Source of the DNA: Parcubacteria group bacterium
Lineage (GTDB): Bacteria; Patescibacteriota; Minisyncoccia; Moranbacterales; UBA2206
Reading direction: 5' to 3'
DNA: 64,000 nt
NCBI GenBank assembly: GCA_041661275.1
Contig: JBAZUU010000004.1
Coordinates: 71,480 to 135,479 of the forward strand
The position numbers were made by a program, and so were the translations under genes. Below the pieces are notes generated by a model. That model ran no database searches. It saw only the letters and a list, made by a program, of their open reading frames with translations, and was not told the origin of the DNA. Below, one piece after another: positions 49,202 to 58,723 of this stretch; the first letter of the stretch is position 1; each line of letters starts with the position of its first letter.

Positions 49202-50275
49202 ATGAAAGAAGATAAAAGAAAAAAAATAATAAAGACAATGCACGGCGAAATTCAGACGCCGTTTTTTATGCCGGACGCGACGCGCGGGTTTATGCGATCG
49301 ATGGATAAGAATGATCTGGAACAGATTGGTGTCGAGCCGATGGTGGTCAACACGTATCATCTATATCTCCAGCCGGGAATGGAAACTATAAAAAAAGCAA
49401 GCGGAATTCACAAATTTATGAACTGGCCGCATCCGTTGCTTTCTGATTCCGGAGGTTATCAGGTTTTTTCTCTTATTCATAAAAATCCCAAAATGGGGAA
49501 AATTACGGACAAGGAAGTTATTTTTCACTCACCCTTGGACGGTTCTATCCATAAAATTTCTCCAGAATATGCGATTCAAATCCAATTTGATCTCGGAGTG
49601 GATATGATGGTGGTTCTGGATGATCCCCCGCCGAACAGTTATCCGAAAGAAAAAATTGCCAAGGCGGTGGATCGAACAATCGCCTGGGCAAAACGGTGTA
49701 AAGTTGAATATGAAAAGCAACTAGAAAAACGTAAAATTAGTGAAAAAGACCGGCCGCTTATTTTTGGCGTGATCCAGGGCGGGGAGCATCTGGACTTGCG
49801 CAAATATTGTGCCGAAGAACTGGTAAAAATCGGATTTGACGGTTATGGTTTTGGCGCGCGGCATGTTGATTCTGATGGAAAATTTATGGAAGAAGTGGTT
49901 CGGGAAACCGCCAGCTTCATTCCGGAAGATTCCTTGCGGTTCGCGCTTGGCATCGGTACGCCGGAGGATATCATGAAATGCGTGGGATACGGCTGGGATA
50001 TGTTTGATTGTGTCATTCCAACGAGAGAAGGAAGACACGGGAGGCTTTTTATCAGTGACGGAAAAACCATAAATATTAATAACGGGAAATTTAAAGATGA
50101 TTTTTCTCCGGTTGACTCTAAGTGTGATTGTATGTTATGCCAGAACCATACACGCAGCTATCTCCGCCATATGTTCCAGATGAAAGAACCACTAGCGATG
50201 CGACTGGCATCGATTCACAATTTGAAATTTTATATGGATCTTATGGAAAAGATAAGAAGCGATGTGGATAAGTAG
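49202..50275 (+). CDS. tgt: tRNA-guanine transglycosylase
   Basis: TPFFMP.AT, NTYHL, SDSGGYQVFSL, GVIQGG, DMFDCVIPTR.GRHG, CDC..C zinc site, IHNL. Confidence 0.95.
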   Translation: MKEDKRKKIIKTMHGEIQTPFFMPDATRGFMRSMDKNDLEQIGVEPMVVNTYHLYLQPGMETIKKASGIHKFMNWPHPLLSDSGGYQVFSLIHKNPKMGKITDKEVIFHSPLDGSIHKISPEYAIQIQFDLGVDMMVVLDDPPPNSYPKEKIAKAVDRTIAWAKRCKVEYEKQLEKRKISEKDRPLIFGVIQGGEHLDLRKYCAEELVKIGFDGYGFGARHVDSDGKFMEEVVRETASFIPEDSLRFALGIGTPEDIMKCVGYGWDMFDCVIPTREGRHGRLFISDGKTININNGKFKDDFSPVDSKCDCMLCQNHTRSYLRHMFQMKEPLAMRLASIHNLKFYMDLMEKIRSDVDK

Positions 50276-50395
50276 GATAGAAAAAAAGTATTATTGTTGC
50301 TAATATATAAGCATAATATAAAAAACAAAAAAATGAACCCCGTTAGAACTTTCTGTTTTTGAAATTAAAACGGGGAACATAAAAAAACAAAAAAT

Positions 50396-51097
50396 ATGGA
50401 CAGTTCTAACGGGGTGAACCAAAAAGGAGTGGTGGCCGGACTTATCATAGTTATTGTAATTTTAACCGTGGTTCTAGCCTACGTATTGGTGGTAAAAAAA
50501 GCGGAAGCTCCAAGTGTTTCTCCGGAGGCAGTAGTTCAAACGCAAAAACCGGTGGAAAGTGCAGTCAGTGAAACGCCAAAGCCAATTATTCCTGAAACAC
50601 CGGTAGTAGTTCCGGAAGCAGTTGATAAATATGCCGGATGGCTGACGTATACCAGTGATAAATATAAATATGAAATAAAATATCCGCAGGGAATGACCAT
50701 AACGGAAGCTAAAAAAAGCGATTTGGGGTTATCACCGGATTCGGGGATGACCTTTGATCAGGCTTTCGCGAAAGTTACCGGACAAGTCTGTGTCAGCTTT
50801 AGCCAGAAAAAAGATTCCGTGCTTATTTCAGCGCCAGTGAACAAGGGATACGCTTATGTCATTTGCGGACGCACCGGCATGGGATCGGATACGAAGATAA
50901 AAAAATCTACGGAAAAAATTACCATTGACGGAAAAGAATATACAGTTAATGCCAACGATATGACCGATTCTACCGGCAGAACCATCGAAACCGTGGTCGA
51001 GTTGACTGACGGAACGCAAATATCCTTTTCCGCTTCCAATGAAAGTTATAGGGAAGGGGTCAAAAAAATGGTGGAGTCGTATAAAAAAATAAAATAA
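50396..51097 (+). CDS. Membrane-anchored surface protein
   Basis: N-terminal TM, Pro-rich linker, W.TY....Y.YEIKYP motif; true start uncertain because a repeat overlaps it. Confidence 0.65.
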   Translation: MDSSNGVNQKGVVAGLIIVIVILTVVLAYVLVVKKAEAPSVSPEAVVQTQKPVESAVSETPKPIIPETPVVVPEAVDKYAGWLTYTSDKYKYEIKYPQGMTITEAKKSDLGLSPDSGMTFDQAFAKVTGQVCVSFSQKKDSVLISAPVNKGYAYVICGRTGMGSDTKIKKSTEKITIDGKEYTVNANDMTDSTGRTIETVVELTDGTQISFSASNESYREGVKKMVESYKKIK

Positions 51098-51172
51098 AAG
51101 TAGTATCAAAAAACAAAAGGAGCAAGGATTTCCCTTGCTCTTTTTATATAAGTGATTTAAATTTAAGTTTAT

Positions 51173-52441
51173 ATGAAACATATCGAACTTCTGGCTCCGG
51201 CAGGAGATTTGGATAAATTAAAATACGCCATAGAATACGGCGCGGATGCTATCTATTTTGGCGTGCCGGATTTTTCACTGCGGGCGCGGATAAATAAATT
51301 CAGCGAAAAAACTTTGAAAGAAGGCGTGGAATACGCGCATGCGAAAAAGAAAAAAGTTTATGTAACGCTAAATATCTATGCCCACAACAGGCATATGCTA
51401 GCAATTGAAAGGCATTTGAAGTTTTTACATCCACTGAAAATTGATGGCGTGATTGTAAGCGATCCGGGAATAATGAGCCTAGTGAAAAAACATTTGCCGC
51501 ACGTGGACATCCATCTTTCTACGCAAGCCAATACTACAAACTGGCAGGCGGTAAAATTTTGGAAAGAGCAGGGAGTAAAAAGGATAATTTTAGCGCGGGA
51601 AGTGACACTTTCTGAAATAAAAGAAATCAGAAAAAAAGTGCCAAATATCGAACTGGAATATTTTGTTCATGGGGCGATGTGTATGAGCTATTCCGGACGA
51701 TGCATTCTTTCCAAATGGATGACAAGCCGCAGTGCGAATCTTGGAGATTGTTCGCAACCTTGCCGGTGGAAATATGGGGCAGTGAACAGTGATCAAGGAT
51801 CAATGAACAAAAAAGAGTTAAGGATAAGAGATGATCAGAAAAGATATGAAATGAATATTGAAGAGGATCAGCACGGGACGTATTTTTTCAATAGCTATGA
51901 CATGAATCTCATAGAACACGTGAAAGATCTGATTGATGTCGGCGTAACCAGTCTCAAAATTGAAGGGCGGGCGAAAAGCGTATATTATGTTGCGGTGGTA
52001 ACGCGAGCGTATAGAAAGGTGATTGACACAGTAGAGACGCAAAATTTTGCGTCTGTACAAAAAATAATTTCCGAGCAAAAAAAGGAACTGGATAAATTGA
52101 CTAACCGCGGATATTCCAAAGGATTTTTGTTAGGCGCTGAACCACCGCATGATTTTTCTGACCGGATGAGAATCGCTGATTTTAGTTTTGTGGGAGAAAT
52201 TATTGGAGATTGGGAAAATGAGGGAAATAAGGGAAATTCGGTCAGGGTGCACAATACTCTATTTAAAAAAGATAAATTGGAGGCAATTACGCCTTCTGGA
52301 AATTTTAGGATAAAAATTAAGGAGGTGTTAAACTTTGAGGGAAAAAAAGTAACCGAGGCGCACGGTGGAACGGACAAAACTTTTTATATAAAATTTAATA
52401 AGCTTTTGGAAAAGGGGAATATTATCAGAAAAATCGGTTAG
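51173..52441 (+). CDS. Peptidase U32 family protein (TrhP/YegQ-like tRNA hydroxylase)
   Basis: ELLAPAG, GADAIY.G, HLSTQAN, ILARE, HGAMCMSYSGRC, N.GDCSQPCRW, SLKIEGR.KS.YY. Confidence 0.9.
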   Translation: MKHIELLAPAGDLDKLKYAIEYGADAIYFGVPDFSLRARINKFSEKTLKEGVEYAHAKKKKVYVTLNIYAHNRHMLAIERHLKFLHPLKIDGVIVSDPGIMSLVKKHLPHVDIHLSTQANTTNWQAVKFWKEQGVKRIILAREVTLSEIKEIRKKVPNIELEYFVHGAMCMSYSGRCILSKWMTSRSANLGDCSQPCRWKYGAVNSDQGSMNKKELRIRDDQKRYEMNIEEDQHGTYFFNSYDMNLIEHVKDLIDVGVTSLKIEGRAKSVYYVAVVTRAYRKVIDTVETQNFASVQKIISEQKKELDKLTNRGYSKGFLLGAEPPHDFSDRMRIADFSFVGEIIGDWENEGNKGNSVRVHNTLFKKDKLEAITPSGNFRIKIKEVLNFEGKKVTEAHGGTDKTFYIKFNKLLEKGNIIRKIG

Positions 52442-52472
52442 AAAAGTTGTCCACAGTCGGCGTTTTTCAACA

Positions 52473-52501
52473 TTGACAAAAAGTATTTTTTCGTGTATAA
52501 A
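52473..52501 (+). promoter_or_regulatory. Sigma70-type promoter
   Basis: TTGACA-N17-TATAAA ahead of a GC-richer, ORF-free structured region. Confidence 0.7.
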
Positions 52502-52507
52502 TAAACC

Positions 52508-52715
52508 AAAAAGCGGTGTCTCTAATCATGGAGGGGTGGAATGCAGACTTCCGGCTTTTCCTAGGGTGTTTTGACCGACATCCAAGATATTCAAACATCA
52601 ACCGACGTAGCTGGTGAGTATAATGCCCAGCGCCCGGCGTTAATATAACGACCGGATCGGACGGAACCCGCTCCACTTTAAAGGGGGCAAAATGAAAGCT
52701 AGAGACCGGCCTTAG
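52508..52715 (+). ncRNA. Structured ncRNA, candidate 6S RNA
   Basis: Own promoter; hand-folds as a long irregular rod (ccgg..ctag..ttttgacc / gggggcaaaa..ctag..ccgg) with an A/C-rich central bubble and apical tataatgcc/ggcgttaata stem. Confidence 0.5.
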
Positions 52716-52894
52716 CTCTTTCGAGAGACCAAAAGGTCTCTCACGCCCAATCCCCGGGGATAATAATTTCTATTCAGAATAAGCAATCTTACACCTGCAT
52801 CACAAGCTCATTCCCGGGGCTTGTTTTTTTATTTCAAAACATTGACTAAAAGCCGAATCCGCGGTATATTTCATTATATTTAAAGCAAAATATT

Positions 52895-54292
52895 ATGAGT
52901 AAAAAAGATCTAACTATGGAAAAAATTGTGTCGTTGTGCAAGAGAAGAGGGTTTGTCTATCCATCTTCCGAAATTTATGGAGGACTGGCGGCTATTTATG
53001 ATTATGGCCATTACGGAATTCTCCTCAAGAATAATATTGCCAATGCCTGGTGGAAGCATATGGTTCAGTTTCGAGATGATGTTGTCGGTCTAGATTCGGC
53101 TATCTTTATGCATCCGACAACGTGGGTAGCGTCAGGTCATGTCGGAGGGTTCAACGACCCACAAGTGGATTGTCGAAAATGCAAAAACCGTTTTCGCGCC
53201 GACCATATTTTAGAAGAATTTGGAATTAGCGCTGACAAAGCGACATTAGAATTTTTGAATGAACAGTTGGATAAATTACGAGAAGAAAAAAAATTGAAGT
53301 GTCCGGTTTGCGGCTCAACTGACCTGACTCCGGCCAAAACTTTTTCTTTGATGGTGAAATCAAATGTTGGTTCGCCGACAGACGAACTCAAAGAAGAAAA
53401 TGTCGTCTATCTTCGTCCGGAAACGTGCGGTGGAATATATTTGGAATATAAAAATACAGTAGATTCATTGCATATGAAATTGCCGTTCGGAATTGCCCAA
53501 GTAGGAAAAGCTTTTAGAAATGAAATTGTGGCTCGCCAATTTATCCTGCGAACAAGGGAATTTGAGCAGATGGAAATGCAATATTTCTTGCATCCGTCTA
53601 TCATGAAAGAAAAATATGACGAATGGAAAGAAACTCGCTGGGAATGGTATTTGGAATATGGAATTGGAAAAGATGAATTGCGCTGGTATAAGCACGAAAA
53701 ATTAGCTCACTATGCTTCGGAAGCTTATGACATCGAATTTGATTTTAGCTCTCTTGGCGGATTCAAAGAAGTGGAAGGAATTCATGCCAGAGGAGATTGG
53801 GATCTTTCTCAACACTCAAAGTTTTCTGGTGTAGATCTAAGTTATTTTGATGAAAAGACCCAGGAACGATTCACTCCGCACATCATGGAAACTTCCGTTG
53901 GGCTCAACCGCTTGCTATATATGTTCATAGATCATTCCTACACGGAAGAGGAAGTAAACGGAGAAACGAGAGTAGTTTTGAAATTTGATAAGCGCCTGGC
54001 TCCAGTGAAGGTAGCTGTTTTGCCACTTTCTAAAAAAGAAGAATTGCAAAAAGTAGCCAAAGACATCTGGAATGATCTGAAATTATCTTTTATGGCTGAA
54101 TATGATGACACGCAATCTATCGGCAAGCGTTATCGTCGTCAGGACGAGATCGGCACGCCATATTGTGTGACGGTAGATTTTGACACTCTGACTGATAATT
54201 CTGTCACGGTTCGTGATAGAGATAGTATGAAGCAGGAAAGAATAAAGATTAATGAGCTGGAAAAGTATTTAGAAGAGAAACTAGCTGAATAA
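52895..54292 (+). CDS. glyQS: Glycine--tRNA ligase (alpha2 type)
   Basis: LCKRRGFVYPSSEIYGG, YLRPET, FGIAQVGKAFRNEI, RTREFEQMEM, IGKRYRRQDEIGTP. Confidence 0.97.
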   Translation: MSKKDLTMEKIVSLCKRRGFVYPSSEIYGGLAAIYDYGHYGILLKNNIANAWWKHMVQFRDDVVGLDSAIFMHPTTWVASGHVGGFNDPQVDCRKCKNRFRADHILEEFGISADKATLEFLNEQLDKLREEKKLKCPVCGSTDLTPAKTFSLMVKSNVGSPTDELKEENVVYLRPETCGGIYLEYKNTVDSLHMKLPFGIAQVGKAFRNEIVARQFILRTREFEQMEMQYFLHPSIMKEKYDEWKETRWEWYLEYGIGKDELRWYKHEKLAHYASEAYDIEFDFSSLGGFKEVEGIHARGDWDLSQHSKFSGVDLSYFDEKTQERFTPHIMETSVGLNRLLYMFIDHSYTEEEVNGETRVVLKFDKRLAPVKVAVLPLSKKEELQKVAKDIWNDLKLSFMAEYDDTQSIGKRYRRQDEIGTPYCVTVDFDTLTDNSVTVRDRDSMKQERIKINELEKYLEEKLAE

Positions 54293-54383
54293 TTTTTTGA
54301 AAAATTGAATATCTTTTATAGAGACGCCCTGCCATGGCGTCTCTACTTTTCGGCTCTTTAATATTTAGTGTGTGCTTTTTAAC

Positions 54384-54525
54384 CGTCATTCTGAGCGGAA
54401 TCGAGTCCGTTTAGGACGAGATGAAGTCGAAGAATCTACTTTATGGCTAAACCAGGCAATATTATTGAGTAGATCCTTCGACTGCGTTCTTCCGCTAACG
54501 CGGAATCACTTCGCTCAGGATGACG
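54384..54525. repeat. Cruciform element, copy 5
   Basis: 5' half nearly identical to copies 3 and 6. Confidence 0.9.
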
Positions 54526-54687
54526 AGCTTATATGGTCCAGTGTAAAACCTCGTTAAATGGCTTAACAAAAATAATTTTTAAACTTATCCACCACACTAA
54601 TTATTATAGAGCCTACTTTTCTTGCCAATTGAGCCAAAATATAGTAGGCTGAAGTGTGGTATTATTAATATAACCAACAATAATGTG

Positions 54688-54738
54688 CCCTCTCTGTCAC
54701 GATAGGAATCGTGACATCTCTCCCGGAGGGAGAGAGGG
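54688..54738. repeat. ccctctc/gagaggg palindromic unit, intergenic copy
   Basis: ccctctctgtcacgat-agga-atcgtgacatctctcccggagggagagaggg resembles the miaA unit at 14294-14339. Confidence 0.75.
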
Positions 54739-54741
54739 ATA

Positions 54742-55704
54742 ATGAAAAACTCTATGACTATTCAAGAAATTTATAAACTGGCCTTAGAAATGGGCATGAA
54801 GAGCGATTTTCGGTCAAAAAAGGAAATTGCCGAATATTTGAAATTGAAAAAGGAAGAATATGACGCTTTGCCGAAAGACGAAAAACAATATTTCGACAAA
54901 GAAAAATTGACTAATCCATATTCTGATACGCGAATTCATTTTGATTCTGGCAAAAAAAATATTAAAAGAATTTTTGCGTCGATTGATGTGACGCCTGGAT
55001 CGATCTATATTGCCGAAGAACTACATGCAGATCTCATCATCAATCATCATCCGGTTGGACTGGCCTTGGCTGGACTTGATGATGTTATGAACTATCAAGT
55101 GGATCAGATGGAAAAAGTTGGTGTGCCAATTGCTATTGCCGAAAAACTAATTCACAAGAGAATTTCCGAGGTGGCACGCGGAATAAACCCCATTAATCAT
55201 TATGAACCGGTAGATGCAGCCAGAGTTATGAAGATTAGTCTTATCAATATTCATACACCAGGAGATAATTTTGCTGCGCAATTTGTTTTAGAAAAAATCA
55301 AAAAAGCCCAACCAAGATATGTGAAAGATATTTTGAAAGCGCTTATGGAAATTCCGGAATATCAAGAAGCAACAAAACAAGGAAGTGGGCCAATGCTTTT
55401 TTCGGGCGCTAAAAATAATCGCTGTGGACGAGTTGTAGTATCAGAATTTGCCGGAGGAACAGACGGGTCAAAAGAAATCTATCAAGCAATGGCCAATGCT
55501 GGTGTGGGAACAATCATTTCCATGCATCAGAGCGAAGATCACCGGAAAGCGGCTGAAGAGGCGCATATCAATGTCGTTGTGTCTGGGCATATTTCATCTG
55601 ATTCTTTGGGCATGAATTTGTTTTTGGATAAATTAGAAAAAAAGGGAATGGAAATCGTGCCGTTTGGAGGACTCATTAGAGTTAGCAGAAATAAGAAAAA
55701 ATAA
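54742..55704 (+). CDS. NIF3-like (NGG1p-interacting factor) metal-binding protein
   Basis: NPYSDTRI, IDV, NHHP.G, IHTPGDN, GGT.G, SMH, GHISSDSLGMN. Confidence 0.8.
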   Translation: MKNSMTIQEIYKLALEMGMKSDFRSKKEIAEYLKLKKEEYDALPKDEKQYFDKEKLTNPYSDTRIHFDSGKKNIKRIFASIDVTPGSIYIAEELHADLIINHHPVGLALAGLDDVMNYQVDQMEKVGVPIAIAEKLIHKRISEVARGINPINHYEPVDAARVMKISLINIHTPGDNFAAQFVLEKIKKAQPRYVKDILKALMEIPEYQEATKQGSGPMLFSGAKNNRCGRVVVSEFAGGTDGSKEIYQAMANAGVGTIISMHQSEDHRKAAEEAHINVVVSGHISSDSLGMNLFLDKLEKKGMEIVPFGGLIRVSRNKKK

Positions 55705-55706
55705 TT

Positions 55707-56987
55707 ATGAAACATAAAAAAACTACACTCAAAAATGGGCTGCGGCTTATCACTATCCCCATGTCTGGTGGTACACAAACAGTGACAGTGATTGTTATGG
55801 TTGGTGTTGGCTCCCGCTATGAAAAAGATATAGAGGCGGGGATTTCTCATTTCATTGAACATATGTTTTTCAAGGGAACAGAAAAGCGTCCAACCACACT
55901 TGATATTTCAACAGAATTAGATAGCGTTGGTGGAGAATTTAATGCCTTCACCGGAAAAGATAGAACGGCCTACTATGTGAAAGTGGATGCGCGACATTTG
56001 GATCGAGCGCTTGATGTGGTGGCTGATATGTATCTCAATTCCAAATTAGAAGAAAAGGAAATCAACAAGGAGCGCGGCACGATTTTGCAAGAACTTAATA
56101 TGTATGAAGACACACCTACGGCGAACGTCGGTGATACTTTTGAAAATCTGATGTATGGAAAAAATCCGTTGGGGCGGGAGATCATCGGCTATAAATATAC
56201 TTTGCTAAAAATGAAGAGGAAAGACCTCGTGGACTATATGGGTCGTTTCTATATGGCCAATGATACGGTGATAACAATAGCTGGAAAATTTAATGAAAAA
56301 GCGACGATCAAAAAAATTAAGAAATATTTCGGAGAAATGGGCAAGGGAGAAAAACCGCGTATCGTGAAATTTAAAGATACCCAAAAAGAACCGCAAGTAA
56401 AAATAAAATTCAAAAAAACCGACCAGACCCATTTCATTCTGGGCACGAGAGCCTATGATATTTTTTCGCCACATCGATTTGCCCTTTCGCTTCTTTCGAT
56501 AATCCTGGGCGGCAATATGTCGAGTCGTCTTTTTGTCGAAATCAGGGAAAAGCGGGGACTGGCCTATTATGTCCGCTCGACCGTAGAATCTCATCACGAC
56601 ACTGGATATTTGTCAGTACAAGCTGGTGTGGAGCACAAAAATCTTGACCTGGCTATCTCAACGATAGTCAAAGAATTCAAAAAGATGGCCAAATTCGGCG
56701 TCAGTGAAAAAGAGCTGCAAAGAGCCAAGGATTATGTCAAAGGAAAAACGGTCATGGGTATGGAAGAGTCAGATGAAGTGGCAATGTTCTTTGCCGGGCA
56801 AGAAACGATGAAAAAAGAAATAATGACAACAGAAGAGATCTTCAAGCATTTTGACAGGGTGAAAACTTCTGATATTCTTAGGGTAGCGAAAGACATATTT
56901 AAGAATAATAAATATAATCTGGCGGTCATCGGGCCGCATAGTAACGGCGGCAAATTTAAGAAACTTTTAGAAAATAATGTCCAATAG
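55707..56987 (+). CDS. Peptidase M16 (pitrilysin family)
   Basis: LKNGLR, GSRYE, GISHFIEHMFFKGT (HXXEH), NAFT, GGNMSSRLF.EIREKRGLAY. Confidence 0.95.
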   Translation: MKHKKTTLKNGLRLITIPMSGGTQTVTVIVMVGVGSRYEKDIEAGISHFIEHMFFKGTEKRPTTLDISTELDSVGGEFNAFTGKDRTAYYVKVDARHLDRALDVVADMYLNSKLEEKEINKERGTILQELNMYEDTPTANVGDTFENLMYGKNPLGREIIGYKYTLLKMKRKDLVDYMGRFYMANDTVITIAGKFNEKATIKKIKKYFGEMGKGEKPRIVKFKDTQKEPQVKIKFKKTDQTHFILGTRAYDIFSPHRFALSLLSIILGGNMSSRLFVEIREKRGLAYYVRSTVESHHDTGYLSVQAGVEHKNLDLAISTIVKEFKKMAKFGVSEKELQRAKDYVKGKTVMGMEESDEVAMFFAGQETMKKEIMTTEEIFKHFDRVKTSDILRVAKDIFKNNKYNLAVIGPHSNGGKFKKLLENNVQ

Positions 56988-58011
56988 ATCAATAAACATT
57001 TCTACCGGAATTGTTTTCAGGACTATTCTCATAATCCTGGCTCTTTGGTTTTTATATTTAGTGCGCGAAGTAATCGTGCTTCTTTTTATCTCGGTCATTC
57101 TGGTTTCCGCTATGGAGCCAGCGGTGGACTTTTTGCAAAAGAAAAAAATTCCCCGCTCGGTCACGGTTTTAGGATTATATATAGTCATACTGGCTGTTAT
57201 TAGCGTGGCTGTTTCTTTCCTGGTTCCGCCAATGGTCAAACAATTTCAGGAATTGTCGCAAAACTTCGCGCAGTATTCCCAAAACTTCAAAGACTCGTTA
57301 GGGCCGATCAATAATTTTATTGAGATCAACCATATTAATCTGGGAACTAGCCAGATCCTGGGCGATCTTGGCAGTGGAGTATCCGGCATTACTCAAAATA
57401 TATTTTCCAAAACTCTTGGAATTTTCTCTGGTCTGCTTTCCGTCGTTATTATTTTTTCTCTGGCTTTCTATATGTCAGTGGAAGAAAACGGTATCAAAAA
57501 TTTCATCACTTCCGTTACGCCCAAAAAACATCAGGAATATGCTATTAATATTTCAGAGCGGATAAAAAACAAAATTGGCAAGTGGCTTCTGGGACAACTT
57601 TTTGTGATGTTTGTTATTTTTGTTATGGATTCCATCGGGTTATATTTGGTTGGCGTTCCGTACGCGTTAATTTTAGGAATTTTTGCCGGTCTGATGGAAG
57701 TCATTCCTTATGTCGGGCCGATTATTTCCGGTATTCCCGGTGTCATTTTGGGATTTATGATTTCTCCGACAACTGGCTTTTTAGCATTTTTAGTTTATCT
57801 CATCGCCCAACAAGTCGAAGGTAATGTGGTTATTCCTGTTGTCATGAAAAAAGCGGTGGGTCTGAATCCTATCGCGATAATCCTCGCTCTTCTTATCGGA
57901 GCGAAAATAGCTGGAGTGCTGGGAGTTATCCTTTCTATTCCCATAGCCACCGCCATCGGACTTTTCATCAGAGACATTATGGACAATAAAAACGAAAAAG
58001 AGACAGCGTAG
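56977..58011 (+). CDS. AI-2E family transporter
   Basis: Multiple TMs; WLLGQ, IPYVGP, QQVEGNV..P.VM...VGLNP, GVLG..L.IP. Confidence 0.9.
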   Translation: MSNRSINISTGIVFRTILIILALWFLYLVREVIVLLFISVILVSAMEPAVDFLQKKKIPRSVTVLGLYIVILAVISVAVSFLVPPMVKQFQELSQNFAQYSQNFKDSLGPINNFIEINHINLGTSQILGDLGSGVSGITQNIFSKTLGIFSGLLSVVIIFSLAFYMSVEENGIKNFITSVTPKKHQEYAINISERIKNKIGKWLLGQLFVMFVIFVMDSIGLYLVGVPYALILGIFAGLMEVIPYVGPIISGIPGVILGFMISPTTGFLAFLVYLIAQQVEGNVVIPVVMKKAVGLNPIAIILALLIGAKIAGVLGVILSIPIATAIGLFIRDIMDNKNEKETA

Positions 58012-58060
58012 GCAGTTTGTGCAGGTTTGATATTCGACTTAGACATTTGATGTCTAAGTT

Positions 58061-58537
58061 TTATTTTATAAAAAGTATTATAATAGCCGCGACGGAAATT
58101 ATGAAGTCATTGGCAAAATTACGAAAGCTCCATTCCCGGAGCTTGGAGTTTTTGGGAATTTTGTTATAGCGATGGGCGAAATAATTAAAATCCCGGAGTT
58201 TTATAAAAACAGGATTTTCGGGAAAAACCTTATAGAGAAAAGTAAAAAGGTCAGGAAGGAGCGAGAAAGTGACTCCCAAAAGAATATTGTTAGAAATTCC
58301 GTCATAATTCATAAAAAGATAAACCAGAGAAGCGGTGATGGCCATAGCGGCCATAAAATCCAGAAGGACTTTCCAGGCAGAACTCCTCATGTTATTTTTC
58401 CGGTCATCCCAATAGTCGCCGTGCCTCAAACTATCCATTGCGTAATGCATAGTTAGCGACAGGATTATTATAAGCCATGGATTTGATACATTTTTTCCGA
58501 TAACTGCTCCGACCAGAGCATGAGTAGGTAGAATCAT
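58061..58537 (-). CDS. Membrane protein, possible metal-dependent hydrolase
   Basis: MILPTHALVG, HY.MD.L.HGD, LLPD motifs; hydrophobic. Confidence 0.65.
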   Translation of the reverse strand: MILPTHALVGAVIGKNVSNPWLIIILSLTMHYAMDSLRHGDYWDDRKNNMRSSAWKVLLDFMAAMAITASLVYLFMNYDGISNNILLGVTFSLLPDLFTFLYKVFPENPVFIKLRDFNYFAHRYNKIPKNSKLREWSFRNFANDFIISVAAIIILFIK

Positions 58538-58545
58538 AAAATAGT

Positions 58546-58680
58546 CGTCATTCTGAGCGGAATCGAGTCCGTTTAGGACGAGATGCAGTCGAAGAATCTG
58601 CCAAATATTAGCACTAGTGATAATTTATAGCAGATCCTTCGACTACGTCCAATAAGAATTGGACTTCGCTCAGGATGACG
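58546..58680. repeat. Cruciform element, copy 6 (between divergent genes)
   Basis: Left arm as in copies 3 and 5; right arm identical to that of copy 4. Confidence 0.9.
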
Positions 58681-58723
58681 GTGGTGGTTTGAGTTTTTAT
58701 TGTAACTACGATAAACTAATTAT

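Noticed and set aside
52500-52890. Glycine T-box, RNase P RNA or tmRNA upstream of glyQS
   Set aside because: No UGGN antiterminator, no GAGGAAAGUCC P4 motif and no tRNA-like ends.
15690-58680. CRISPR array or integron attC interpretation of the repeats
   Set aside because: Copies are dispersed, not regularly spaced with unique spacers; no cas or integrase gene; ends do not fit RYYYAAC/GTTRRRY.
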